From NCBI GenBank assembly GCA_036338595.1, contig JAYZBV010000104.1, forward strand, positions 1-37,598: DNA of 37,598 nucleotides. Direction: 5' to 3'. The DNA is from Planctomycetota bacterium (GTDB taxonomy: Bacteria > Planctomycetota > UBA8108 > UBA1146). Below, in pieces: positions 6,809-17,100 of the stretch; position 1 is the stretch's first letter, and each line of letters opens with the position of its first letter. Position numbers and translations under genes: made by a program. The notes under the pieces were generated by a model. It saw only the letters and a list, made by a program, of their open reading frames with translations, was not told where the DNA came from and ran no database searches.

Positions 6809-7819
6809 ATGACCGATCTTGAGCATGATCTCGCCCGTCTGAAAGACGATTTCCAGCGCGTCCGCGAAGAGGTGGGAAAGATCCTCGTCGGTCAGGACGA
6901 GGTCGTGGAAGCGGTTCTGATCGCGCTCTTCGCCGGCGGCCATGTGCTGCTGGAGGGTGTGCCCGGTCTCGGCAAGACTCTGCTGGTTCGAACCCTCTCC
7001 GGTTGCCTCGATCTACACTATTCTCGCATCCAGTTCACGCCTGACCTGATGCCCGCAGATATCACAGGAACTCGAATCGTGACGGAGGATGAGAACGGCA
7101 GAAAGGGATTTCAGTTCGAAGCGGGACCCGTATTCGCTCAGGTAGTGCTCGCCGACGAGATCAACCGCGCCACCCCCAAGACCCAGTCTGCATTGCTGGA
7201 AGCGATGCAGGAAGGAGAGGTGACAGCAGGTGGGAAGACCCATGTGCTCGAGCAACCCTTCATGGTGCTGGCAACGCAGAATCCTCTCGAGATGGACGGA
7301 ACCTATCCGTTACCGGAGGCACAACTGGACCGCTTCCTGTTCAAGGTCCATGTTCCCTTTCCCGATCGCGATGAACTGACCGAGGTGTTGATACGCACCA
7401 CGGGTGCGCATTCGGGAGAGGTCAAGCCGGTCCTCGATGGGAAAGCGATCCTCGCACACAGGCGACGTGTCAGGGATGTCGAAGCCGCTTCGCATGTCCA
7501 GGACTACGCCGTGAGACTGCTTCTGGCAACCCATCCAGAGGGGGAGGGATCCCCCGATCAGGTGACCCGCTGGGTGCGCTATGGCGCCAGCCCTCGTGGT
7601 GTGCAATCGCTGCTGCTCGGAGGCAAGGTCAGAGCAGCTCTGGCGGGGAGAGTGCATGTCTCTTTCGATGACATCCGCAAGACCGCACCGTCTGCACTTC
7701 GACACAGGGTGCTGCTCGGGTTCGAGGGTGAGGCTGAGGGAATCAGCACCGACCAGATCGTTGCTGCGGTACTGGACGAAGTACCAGAAGTGGTCGGAGA
7801 TGGCGCGGCCATCGGATGA
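6809..7819 (+). CDS. moxR: MoxR-family AAA+ ATPase
   Basis: Motifs GHVLLEGVPGLGKT (Walker A), RIQFTPDLMPADITG, LADEINRATPKTQSALLEAMQE, ATQNPLEMDGTYPLPEAQLDRF and GASPR. Start re-placed at ATG 6809 after a G-rich ribosome-binding site. Confidence 0.95.
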   Translation: MTDLEHDLARLKDDFQRVREEVGKILVGQDEVVEAVLIALFAGGHVLLEGVPGLGKTLLVRTLSGCLDLHYSRIQFTPDLMPADITGTRIVTEDENGRKGFQFEAGPVFAQVVLADEINRATPKTQSALLEAMQEGEVTAGGKTHVLEQPFMVLATQNPLEMDGTYPLPEAQLDRFLFKVHVPFPDRDELTEVLIRTTGAHSGEVKPVLDGKAILAHRRRVRDVEAASHVQDYAVRLLLATHPEGEGSPDQVTRWVRYGASPRGVQSLLLGGKVRAALAGRVHVSFDDIRKTAPSALRHRVLLGFEGEAEGISTDQIVAAVLDEVPEVVGDGAAIG

Positions 7820-8715
7820 ACCTGTCAAACGGCGTCGAAGACCCTCTCCTCGATGAGGATTTTCTGGCGCGCTGCGGCAGATTGGCGCTCATTTCCAGAA
7901 AGATAGTCCGGGGCAAACTGCGCGGTGAAAAACGTTCGCGGCGAAGAGGGATGTCTACCGAGTTCGCCGATCATCGAAACTATGTTGCCGGCGATGACCT
8001 CCGTCACCTCGACTGGAACATCTACGGTCGACTGGAAAAACTCTTCATCAAACTGTTCGAGGAAGAGGAGGAACGCAGCGTCGTGTTGTTGCTCGATGCT
8101 TCCGGTTCGATGGCATGCGGTGAGCCAGACAAGTGGCGACATGCTCGTCAGGTCACGGCCGCTCTCGGAGCCATCGCACTGGCTTCTGGCGACCGCGTCC
8201 ACCTGCGTGTCTTCGATCAGGAGTTGAGACCCGTGGTCGGTTCTCTGAGAGGAACTCGATCCATCTTGCGACTGGTTGGAGTGCTGGAGGAGCTGAAAGT
8301 GGGCCAGGGCACTGCCTTGCTTGCATCGTTGAAGGCTCATGCGGCCACTGCGCCACCTCGCGCCATCCAGATCCTCATCTCTGACCTGATGGACCCGGCA
8401 GGTATCGAGGAAGGGTTGCGACAGATTTCTGGAACCCGGGGCGAGAGTTGGCTGATCCATCTGCTGTCGAGAAGCGAGCAAGACCCGGAGGAGCTGGGAG
8501 ATCTACGGCTGCGAGATGTCGAAGATGGCTCCTTCGTGGATGTCAGCTTCAACTCCTCGATCCATGAGGCATACCGTTCGATCCTGGCGAAGTATCGCAA
8601 TGAGGTTCGACAGATGTGCGCCCGTTTTCAGATCCAGCCAGTCGAGGTGTGTACCGATGTTCCCTTCGACCGGGTCGTTCTCGAGATGATGAGGCAGAGA
8701 GGGATGCTCGCATGA
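7816..8715 (+). CDS. DUF58-domain protein (MoxR partner)
   Basis: GMSTEFADHRNYVAGDDLRHLDWNIYGRLEKLFIKLFEEEE and LLDASGSM. ATGA overlap with moxR. Confidence 0.92.
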   Translation: MNLSNGVEDPLLDEDFLARCGRLALISRKIVRGKLRGEKRSRRRGMSTEFADHRNYVAGDDLRHLDWNIYGRLEKLFIKLFEEEEERSVVLLLDASGSMACGEPDKWRHARQVTAALGAIALASGDRVHLRVFDQELRPVVGSLRGTRSILRLVGVLEELKVGQGTALLASLKAHAATAPPRAIQILISDLMDPAGIEEGLRQISGTRGESWLIHLLSRSEQDPEELGDLRLRDVEDGSFVDVSFNSSIHEAYRSILAKYRNEVRQMCARFQIQPVEVCTDVPFDRVVLEMMRQRGMLA

Positions 8716-10664
8716 GCTGGGGAGCCCCGACGATGTTCTGGTTGCTGCTGCTGATCCCGGCAGTGCTGCTACTCTGGTTCCTGAAGATTCGACGCACAGA
8801 AAAAATAGTCTCCAGTACGGTTCTCTGGCGCCAAGCATTGCAGGACGAACGGGTCAGGTCGCCGTTCCAGAGATTGCTGCAGAACCTGGTGCTGCTGTTA
8901 CAGTTGATCACGGTGCTGCTGGCGGTGCTGGCGCTGGCCGCGCCCGGATCTGGATCGCAGAAATTTACCTCGCGTCTCAATCTGATCCTCATAGATACAT
9001 CTGCGAGCATGAACAGCGTCGAGAGTGACGGGACAACTCGCTTCGAACTGGCTCGAGCGACCTTGAGAGATGTCATCGATGAGATCTCGGGTGAGAGAGG
9101 AATGTTGATCCAGTTTGGATCCAGAGCGCAGTCGTTGACCCCGGTCACATCGGATCTGTCACTGCTTCGCGAGATGGTTGCTGGACTCTCCGCAGGATCA
9201 GGAACCTCAAACTTCGATGATGCTCTGGAACTGGCACTCTCCATCGCCAAGCAAGATGCGGTGATACCGATGCCTGCAAGCGATGAGGTTTCAGGATCCG
9301 AGGAAGAGGTGCTGCAGCAGCAGATCGATGCGCGGATTTTCGTCGTGACTGACGGAGCCTTACCGAAGTGGAGTGGAGATCCGATTCCGGTTCCGGTGCT
9401 GACTCGATCGGTAGGGGAAGCTTCTGCCAACAGTGGCATCGTGGCTCTGGCAGCGCGTCGAGAGTTCTCCGAGGAGGGTGACTTGCGGGTCGTGGTGGAG
9501 ATCAGAAATACCGGAGACGAGGTGATCTCGGGAGAACTGGTGTTGCACCTCGATGGGGAACCGATTGCGGATCCCCAGCCACGGATTCTGGAAGGTGGAG
9601 AGCGCTGGACCCGTTCCTTCGCCCTTCAGGGCAGCGGCAGCCATCGGATTGCAGCGCACTGGCGCCCCGATGGCGGCGATGCGCTGTCCCTGGATGACGA
9701 TGCCTGGTTGATCGCTTCGCGCCCCAGAGAGATTCGCGTCGCTCGAGTGGGAGAGAAGAACATCTTGCTCGATGATGCTCTGGCAGTGATCCCATCGGTG
9801 ACGGTGGAATCGCTGGAACTCGACGAGGTGGATCCAGAGACGGTGGTCGATGAGTTCGATGTGATCGTCTGGGATCGTGTGGTTCCCGCGCTTCTCCCGT
9901 CGGGTCCCGGGCACCTGGTGATCGGTGCCAGGCCGCTGCAGTTCTGGCCCGATGAGATCGCTCGAGTCGAGCAGCCGCTGCTGGTGGCATGGAAGAGAGA
10001 CGATCCGGTGTTGCGGTACAGCCAGCTGGGCGCCATCGACGGCACTGTACTGGAGACCTATCCATTGCCTCCGGGGCCGGGGATCAGTGCTCTGGCCCAG
10101 TGTCGCGAGGGCGCACTGATCGCGCGATTTTCCGGACAGGATGTCCGAGGGATCGCGGTCGCCTTCGATGTACTGTCATCCCCCTGGCCGTTGACACCTT
10201 CCTTTCCATTTTTCATCGAGGCCTCGCTGCGAGATCTGGCGAGGATCGGTGGGGGCATCGAAAGTGGCATTCGAAGCGGCGATCTGATCGAAGTGGCCGC
10301 AGGAGCCGGGGCCAGGCGAGCGACTCTCACCCGACCCGATGGCACCGGTGAACGCGAGGTGCCGATATTGCCAGGTGGGTTCCTGAGGTCTCCCACTGGC
10401 GATGATCTGGGTATTCACACCATGAAGTGGCAAATTGGCGAGGCCGACGATGAGCGCTGGCTCGAGAAGTTGATACCGGTCAACTTGCTCTCTCCAGAGG
10501 AAAGTTCCATCGAACCGAAACCAGCCATCGCAGGGATTACCTCCGGTCAGGAGCGCGAAGCCGCCGGAATCTGGGGCAATGCCAGAAGAGAACTCTGGAA
10601 GTGGTTTCTCGCTGCAGCAGTCGTTCTGATGATGATGGAATGGATCGCCTTTCATCGACGCTGA
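8712..10664 (+). CDS. BatA N-terminal domain plus VWA-domain membrane protein
   Basis: N-terminal BatA-like segment with two TM helices (LLLLIPAVLLLWFLKIRR...SSTVLW...LLLQL...LALAAP). MIDAS motif LIDTSASM, VVTDG, and a C-terminal TM RELWKWFLAAAVVLMMMEW. ATGA overlap with the DUF58 gene. Confidence 0.88.
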   Translation: MSWGAPTMFWLLLLIPAVLLLWFLKIRRTEKIVSSTVLWRQALQDERVRSPFQRLLQNLVLLLQLITVLLAVLALAAPGSGSQKFTSRLNLILIDTSASMNSVESDGTTRFELARATLRDVIDEISGERGMLIQFGSRAQSLTPVTSDLSLLREMVAGLSAGSGTSNFDDALELALSIAKQDAVIPMPASDEVSGSEEEVLQQQIDARIFVVTDGALPKWSGDPIPVPVLTRSVGEASANSGIVALAARREFSEEGDLRVVVEIRNTGDEVISGELVLHLDGEPIADPQPRILEGGERWTRSFALQGSGSHRIAAHWRPDGGDALSLDDDAWLIASRPREIRVARVGEKNILLDDALAVIPSVTVESLELDEVDPETVVDEFDVIVWDRVVPALLPSGPGHLVIGARPLQFWPDEIARVEQPLLVAWKRDDPVLRYSQLGAIDGTVLETYPLPPGPGISALAQCREGALIARFSGQDVRGIAVAFDVLSSPWPLTPSFPFFIEASLRDLARIGGGIESGIRSGDLIEVAAGAGARRATLTRPDGTGEREVPILPGGFLRSPTGDDLGIHTMKWQIGEADDERWLEKLIPVNLLSPEESSIEPKPAIAGITSGQEREAAGIWGNARRELWKWFLAAAVVLMMMEWIAFHRR

Positions 10665-10674
10665 GAGCAGCCAC

Positions 10675-10702
10675 GATTGCAGGAGATGGATTGCAGGAGA
10701 TG
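10675..10702 (+). repeat. Perfect 14-bp tandem duplication (GATTGCAGGAGATG x2)
   Basis: Copies at 10675-10688 and 10689-10702, in the intergenic region upstream of the YtoQ-family gene. Confidence 0.9.
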
Positions 10703-10740
10703 ATCGAGAAGTAGATTCACAATCGGGGTGGAGGCACTAG

Positions 10741-11181
10741 ATGCGACTGACGGTTTACCTGGCTGGCCAGATTCATGACGATTGGCGAGATCGATTGAGG
10801 ACCGAGGCGAAGCAGCGAGATCTCGATGTGGAGTTTGTTGGCCCGCAGGATGAGCACGACTTATCCGATGGGATCGGAGAGCAGATCCTCGGTGAACAGG
10901 AGTCTGCTCGCTGGAAAGATGAGGTGGCCTCGCAGGTCAACAACCTCAGAACCAGGATTCTGATGTCTCGAAGTGACGCAGTGGTGGCGCAGTTCGGCGA
11001 GAAATTTCGCCAGTGGAATGCCGCCATGGATGCGGGTATCGCCATCGCACTGGGAAAGCCGCTCATCATCGTGCGAGATCCGTCGCTTCATCATGCTCTG
11101 AAGGAAGTATCCCAGCGTGCCCAGATGACGGTTGACCGGCCGGAGCAGGTCCTGGACGCGCTGGAATACGTGCTTCGTTGA
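10741..11181 (+). CDS. YtoQ-family protein (nucleoside 2-deoxyribosyltransferase-like fold)
   Basis: VYLAGQIHDDWR, HDLSDxIGxxILG, NNLRTR, FGEKFRQWNAAMDAG and HHALKEV. GGAGG ribosome-binding site. Confidence 0.85.
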   Translation: MRLTVYLAGQIHDDWRDRLRTEAKQRDLDVEFVGPQDEHDLSDGIGEQILGEQESARWKDEVASQVNNLRTRILMSRSDAVVAQFGEKFRQWNAAMDAGIAIALGKPLIIVRDPSLHHALKEVSQRAQMTVDRPEQVLDALEYVLR

Positions 11182-11185
11182 ATGA

Positions 11186-14100
11186 TCAGTCAGAAGCCTG
11201 CTTGATCTGAATCCCCTTGCGCACTTTCTTCAATTCACTTCGCCACGCTCCGTCACGAGCAGTGCGATTGAAGTCGTTGGATTGAATGACATTCTGCAGG
11301 TAGTCCTGGATCTCCATCTGTTGAGCAGGTGCCACATCCAATTGCTGCTGGCCTTCCCTGATAACGCTGCCACCGGGTGCACGGAAAAATGCGTAATCAC
11401 TGCTGCTACGTCTGGCGATCACGGTCGGCATGAAGTTGGCGCCATCCGAGATGAAGAGGCCTCTTCGGTCGGTGGTTCCGGAATGGACATCACCCAGAGC
11501 CAGCACACGAACCTGGACATCAGGGATCAGCTCATCGGTGACCGGATCGATGGACTGGATCCGAAGGGTTCCGGAGAGAGCCTCGACCACCAGTTCCATC
11601 TGGTTGATCAACACCAGCCCGGAGGTGTGGACATCCCCGCCCCTGACGATGATCAGGTACGCGCCGACATCTTCGATGGGAAGGGTGACCTCCGTGGTAG
11701 CCTGCATCGCACCTCCACCGGGACCGATCTTGCCCAGTTCAACCGTGGTGGAGATGGTCGGTGAAATGCCGCTCAGGTTGACCTCTGTCACACGAGAGAG
11801 ATCCTGCTCGCGCAGGGCAAGCGTCATCAGGTTGACCTTGTATGCGAGCACTTCTGCCTCATCGATGTTTCGGTAGCGCAATTCAATGTTGACCGGATCC
11901 CCGGGTCGGAAATCCGAGATCTCATCGAGTTCCAGTTCTTTGGCACGGAAACGTGCAAGTGAGGCCCGGGCATCTTCAAAGAAATCCACGACCTGCTCGT
12001 AGTATTTCGATGCGGCCTCGGTCTGGTTGGCAGCGTGGTGGATCTGGCCGATGATGTAGAGTGCGAGATCGCGATTTTCGCTGGTGCGGGTATTTCCTGA
12101 CGCAGTTTCGTAGCGAGCATCGACGATCTGCTGCAGTAGTTGCAGCGCCTCTTCCTCCTGATCCAGTGACCAGAGAGCCACTGCCCTGGTGTAACGGAAC
12201 GAATCCAGGTGTTGTGAGTCGTTGAATACCGTGGCGAGTGTACCGGACTCATCTGCGGCGCGGCGCCAGTCCTCCAGATCGAGGAAAGCACTGACGAGAT
12301 TGAGACCTGCATCGGGAGCGGTCGGATCATCGCCGTGGGTGTAGAGGAATCTGCGAAGCAATTCGATGCCGAAGAAGGACAGTTCTGCCGGACTCAGGCC
12401 CCAACTGGCACGTCTTGCATCATCGGCCCTGCTGAGGGCCAGGTCGGCAAGAGTCTGATCGGCGGCCAGCACCGGAGGAAGATCCGGGTACTCCATCACA
12501 AGCCTCAGCAGTAACTGCAAGGATGCCTTCAGATCCCTATCCTCCAGGACTCCCGGCACACGGATATCTCGACCAAAGGTCTCCTGAATCACCGCGAGGA
12601 AGATCTGGATCGAGCGGGGGTGCTCACCCAGGATCCGGTAGGCTTCTCCGATGCGAATGACCTTGTCGAACTCGATGTTGAGATCTGGATTCTGTTCCTT
12701 GAGAACCTCGAAGAAGGAGACCATTGCAGAGTTGTCTCCCGCCTCGATGGCAGAGAGCAGCAGAATCCTTGCGACTTCCTTGCGAACTCCGGGGCGAATT
12801 TGATCGTTGTATTGTTCCCACAGTCCGGTCAGCAGTTCCCTCGCCTCACGCCACCGCTTCGCTTCCCAGTGCATTCTGCCTCGGTTGTAGATCTCATCGG
12901 GGGTCTGGCGGTATTCGTCATCGGTCGGTCGACCTCGAGAGAGGACAGTGAGTGTGGTGGCCTCGCCGATGCTGATTCGTGAAGGTACCGACACGCTTCG
13001 GATCACCGGCGGCGGCACCCTGTACTGTCCCGGTACAGTTCCAACGAGAGAGTAGGAGATGGTGAAACCACCCTGGATCCTCGTCCAGATCTGCAGCGAA
13101 TTCCCGTCGAGTCGATGGGTGTCGATGCGGCCCTTCAGGCTTCCATCGACAAAACTCATTCCTGCTGGAATGATGAGATCGAGCTGCAGGTGTTCGGGAT
13201 CTCTACGTATCCGACCGTTCGATTCGCCATCGGGTCGGTCGTGAACCGAGAAGGACACCTCGGTACTATCGCCGAGGGGTAACTTCTTGACGTGGTTGAG
13301 CCACTGGTTCTTCCTGTCGCGTGTGATCGAGAAACCTATTCCCACTTCTTGACCATCCTGGCGAGGCGCAGAGCGCAGGTAGCGAGTGGGTCGAGGTGCG
13401 AATGAACTTTCCACCACTTTCGGATAGTCGGTGGTGCGTGCAGATAGAAGGGCGGCCCAGTGAGGTTTCCCTGCGCCTCGGGTCACGAGACGTATTTCTA
13501 GATCTCCCTTGCCGTCACCGAGCTCGAAGAAAGCCGTGACCGACGGTTGATTGGGATTTACCGACATCAGCTTTGTAGGTTCGCCGTCGATGAAGAATTC
13601 GATCTCGCAGTCGGTGGCGGCAGATGCCGATTCCACATCGACGACGGCCAGCGCAGCCAGTGCCAGGCCGGAACCGAGACCATGATCCCAGGGGCGACGA
13701 TCTTCCAGCCACTGGATGCTGCTCTCCAGAGCCGAAAGGGGCTTTCCGGCCAGGGAGCAGGACTCGACAGCCATTGCGGTCACCACCAGTGGATCACGGT
13801 ACCAGTAGTCAAGATCGCTGGCACTTTTCCCCACTGGAGTTGGAGACCAGGAACCGTCAGCCTTCATGCGAGTGAGCAACAGCGATGCGGCTTCCGATGC
13901 CATCGGGAGTCGCTTCATGGCGACCAGAGAGGAGATCAGATGTGCGAGAGTGCTACTGGAGAGACGATCACGCGAGCGGTGCAGTCGGTTTGCCGCAGCG
14001 AAGTCGCCGACTCCGCAAACTGACAGAGCATCCAGCAGATGGGCTTTCAGATCATCTCGAGATGCTGCCGCGGATCGGAACATCCTTTCCACTGCTGGAA

Positions 14101-17100
14101 TCGCCTTGCCGAGCACCGACTGAGGAACAGTGAAGCCGGCGCTTTTCGCTTTCCCGAGGGCGATCAACACCTCTGCGCTGGTCCGGGGAGTCGATTCTCC
14201 GCCTCGCCATCCCCAGCCACCATCGGTGTTCTGTGTCATCGAGAGATGCCCGATGAGCCCACGGATCTTGTTGCGGATCAGATCGAGTTTCTGGGGAGCG
14301 ATCTCCTTCCCAGAGCGCCTTGCCATCGTCAGTACCGAGATGGATCCACGTAACCTCGCAGCACGAGAAGCAAGATCATTGCCGAACTGAATACGATGTC
14401 CCGGTGTTGAATCCGCGGCGAGATCGACCAGCACCTGAGAAAGACTGGAGCCGATCCAGAGACTCAGCGTTCTATCCAGCCAGTGGGACGACCCTGGCAG
14501 GCGAATCGTCCTGGTCACTCGGGTATCGAGGCTACCTCCCGCTTTTCCGCTGGCCATCAATCCCCACGGACGGACGGTGATGGTACGAATCTGACGGATG
14601 GTGCGCGGGCCTGCTTCTCCATCGACCTTCAAGGTGATCTCGACAGGCAATTCAGGATCAGCGGGCAGTGGTCCGATTTCACCCAGTGTCAACTCCTGCA
14701 TCCCCTCATTGAGCACCAGATCGGAAGTGACCTCGAAGGCTCCATCTCCACCTCCGATGCGGATGGCGACGGTAGCTCTGCCTCTGGTCCCGGAAGAATT
14801 GACGATGCGGACGCGAGGTTCGATCAGATCCCCTTCCATCGCACTCGAAGGAAGAATTGGATCGACCGAGATTTCATTTCGAGCGATGAAAGACCCGGCA
14901 CTGTTGCCAAACAGGTCGTCATCGCCGATGGCCTGGGCCCTGATCCTCCATGTTGTGCTGTGAGGGGGGGCGATGAAGGTGATGCGGGCGGTCCCATCTG
15001 GACCCGTCATCAACGCGCCCTCCCAGTGGGCGGTGAAGTTATTGTTGGTGAGCGAGGGCCTCTCTTCCCCGAGAGACTCTCCAGCCTTGTTCTTGGCGAG
15101 GGAGGCCTTTCCACCCATGGTTAGAGTCCTACCGCGTCCAAATCGTTGCCCGTAGGCACCCCCTGCTCCACCGCCGGCCATGATGGTTTCCGCTTCCGGG
15201 AGGCCGCCCTGAAAATTGTATCCGAATCTGGCATCGTTGGCAGGCGCTTGAGGGCGTCCAGCGACCAGCAGGCTGCCGAGTGAGTTTCTTCGCTCCATCA
15301 GTTCCATCTCTTCCAGGGCGTATTCGTCCTCATCGAGCAGCGCCTTGGAGATTTCAATCGTCTCGCCCTCATACTTGAAGCCACAGGAGGTGGCAGAGGT
15401 GACGATGTGCGACGATCGATTACGGCGACTGATATCGCCCTTGAGATCCTGGAAGTAACCGGGGTAAAGGTCATCCACTGCGACATCGATCACCGCCAGA
15501 GCGATCTCTGCTGGTATCGGTTCGCCTTGCAAGTTTCTGCTGATCACTTCGAGCGTGACTTCGGATCCAGGCTCCACGGCTTCTGCCGGTGCGATGACCT
15601 CGAGGATCAACTGCTTTCTGACCCGAAATACGATCTGGGCCTCGTACAACCTGGAAGTTTCCATCATCGAGAGTTGCACCGTGGCTTCCGGGTACATCGA
15701 AGACAGAACATCGATCTCGATACTGTTGCGATCCGCATCGAGGTCGACGATGCGGTACTCCAGGATTCCGTCGCCGATGATGGTCAAGAGCGCTGGACTG
15801 CTGGATCGCGTGTTTTGAAGTTCCAGTGCGACGGTTTCTCCGACATCGATCGTTGTTCGTTCGACGAGCCAGATCAGCCCGCGTTCTTCGTCCTCGCCCG
15901 ATACTGTCACAGCCAGTCTGCTGGTGATGCGATTACCGATCCTGTCGATTCCCTCTGCGATGATGGCATAGCTTCCCGAGTCGTCGAGCGGGATCCTCGC
16001 CTCGCCATGTCCATCGGTATCGGTGCGAAGTTCACGGGTTTCGATGGTGTTCTCGACCCAGCGGCCCCCGGTTCGCAAGTTCTGAACCAGCCGGACCTTC
16101 ACATCCCTTTCGACAGGGTGTCCTGAAGCATCTGTAGCGGTGATCGATACCGGCACCGATTCGCCGATGATGTAATCACCACTTTCTCGAGGGATCTGGA
16201 GTGCGAGTTGCCACATCGATTCGGCAATCATGACACTCGTAGATCTGCTCAGGCCGTATTCAGGAACCGTCACGGTCAGCGTCACTACAGATCCGAGTTC
16301 GTCGCGGGTGTCCTGCTGGATCTTTGCCTCACCCTTTTCGTCGAGCGTGTAGTTTTCGGTGTGTCCATCGTTGAAATGCACGACTACCGGTGTTCCCGCC
16401 AGCGGCTCTCCGTACCAGGTTTGAGCCGTGATGGTCGCCTGGATCGTTTCACCGCGGACATGAACCAGTTGCTCCGATTCGATGCGAAGATCGATCGCCA
16501 GGGGTGCGATGTTCTCGACCATGAATTGATGCTGGCCTGTCGCATCTTCGGATCCGGAGACCTGGATGGTCCAGGTGCCGTGCGGGGCTTCGAGTGGCAA
16601 GACGAATGAATCCGAAAGGGTTCCCGCATCACTGAAAGTGCCCTTGCTCGTCAGGACCTCGACTCCTCCGGGAGTGACGAGTGTTGCATGACCTTCTTTC
16701 CCCTGCGGGTTGATCCAGAGGCCCGTATCGGAATCCACTTCCCGGACCACCGCACGCCAGTGGACGGTGTCCCCTGGACGGTATGTCGCGCGATCCGTGA
16801 GGAAGTTGACTCGTGGTGCGCGGCCTGTGGTCAGGATGGTTCCATCGAGGCGCAACCCCGTGACAGCGGAGTCACCACCGCGCATCGCCAGTACCTTCAC
16901 ATCGTCAGAATCCTTCAGGTTTTCGTATCTGATGTGAACGGTTCCATCGGAACCGGTCTTCACCTCCTGGAGTTCCTGATGATCGTCATTTCCGAATCGA
17001 TCCTTGATGGCGATGAGGACATCGACACCTGCTGCGGGCTTTCCTTGCAGCATGTCCTGGGCAAAGACCAGCACCTCGCGGCGTCCCGCCTTGACGATGA

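Noticed and set aside
6809..10664. MoxR-DUF58-VWA operon as a novel or defence system
   Set aside because: This is a widespread, well-known chaperone-like module with no unusual partner here.
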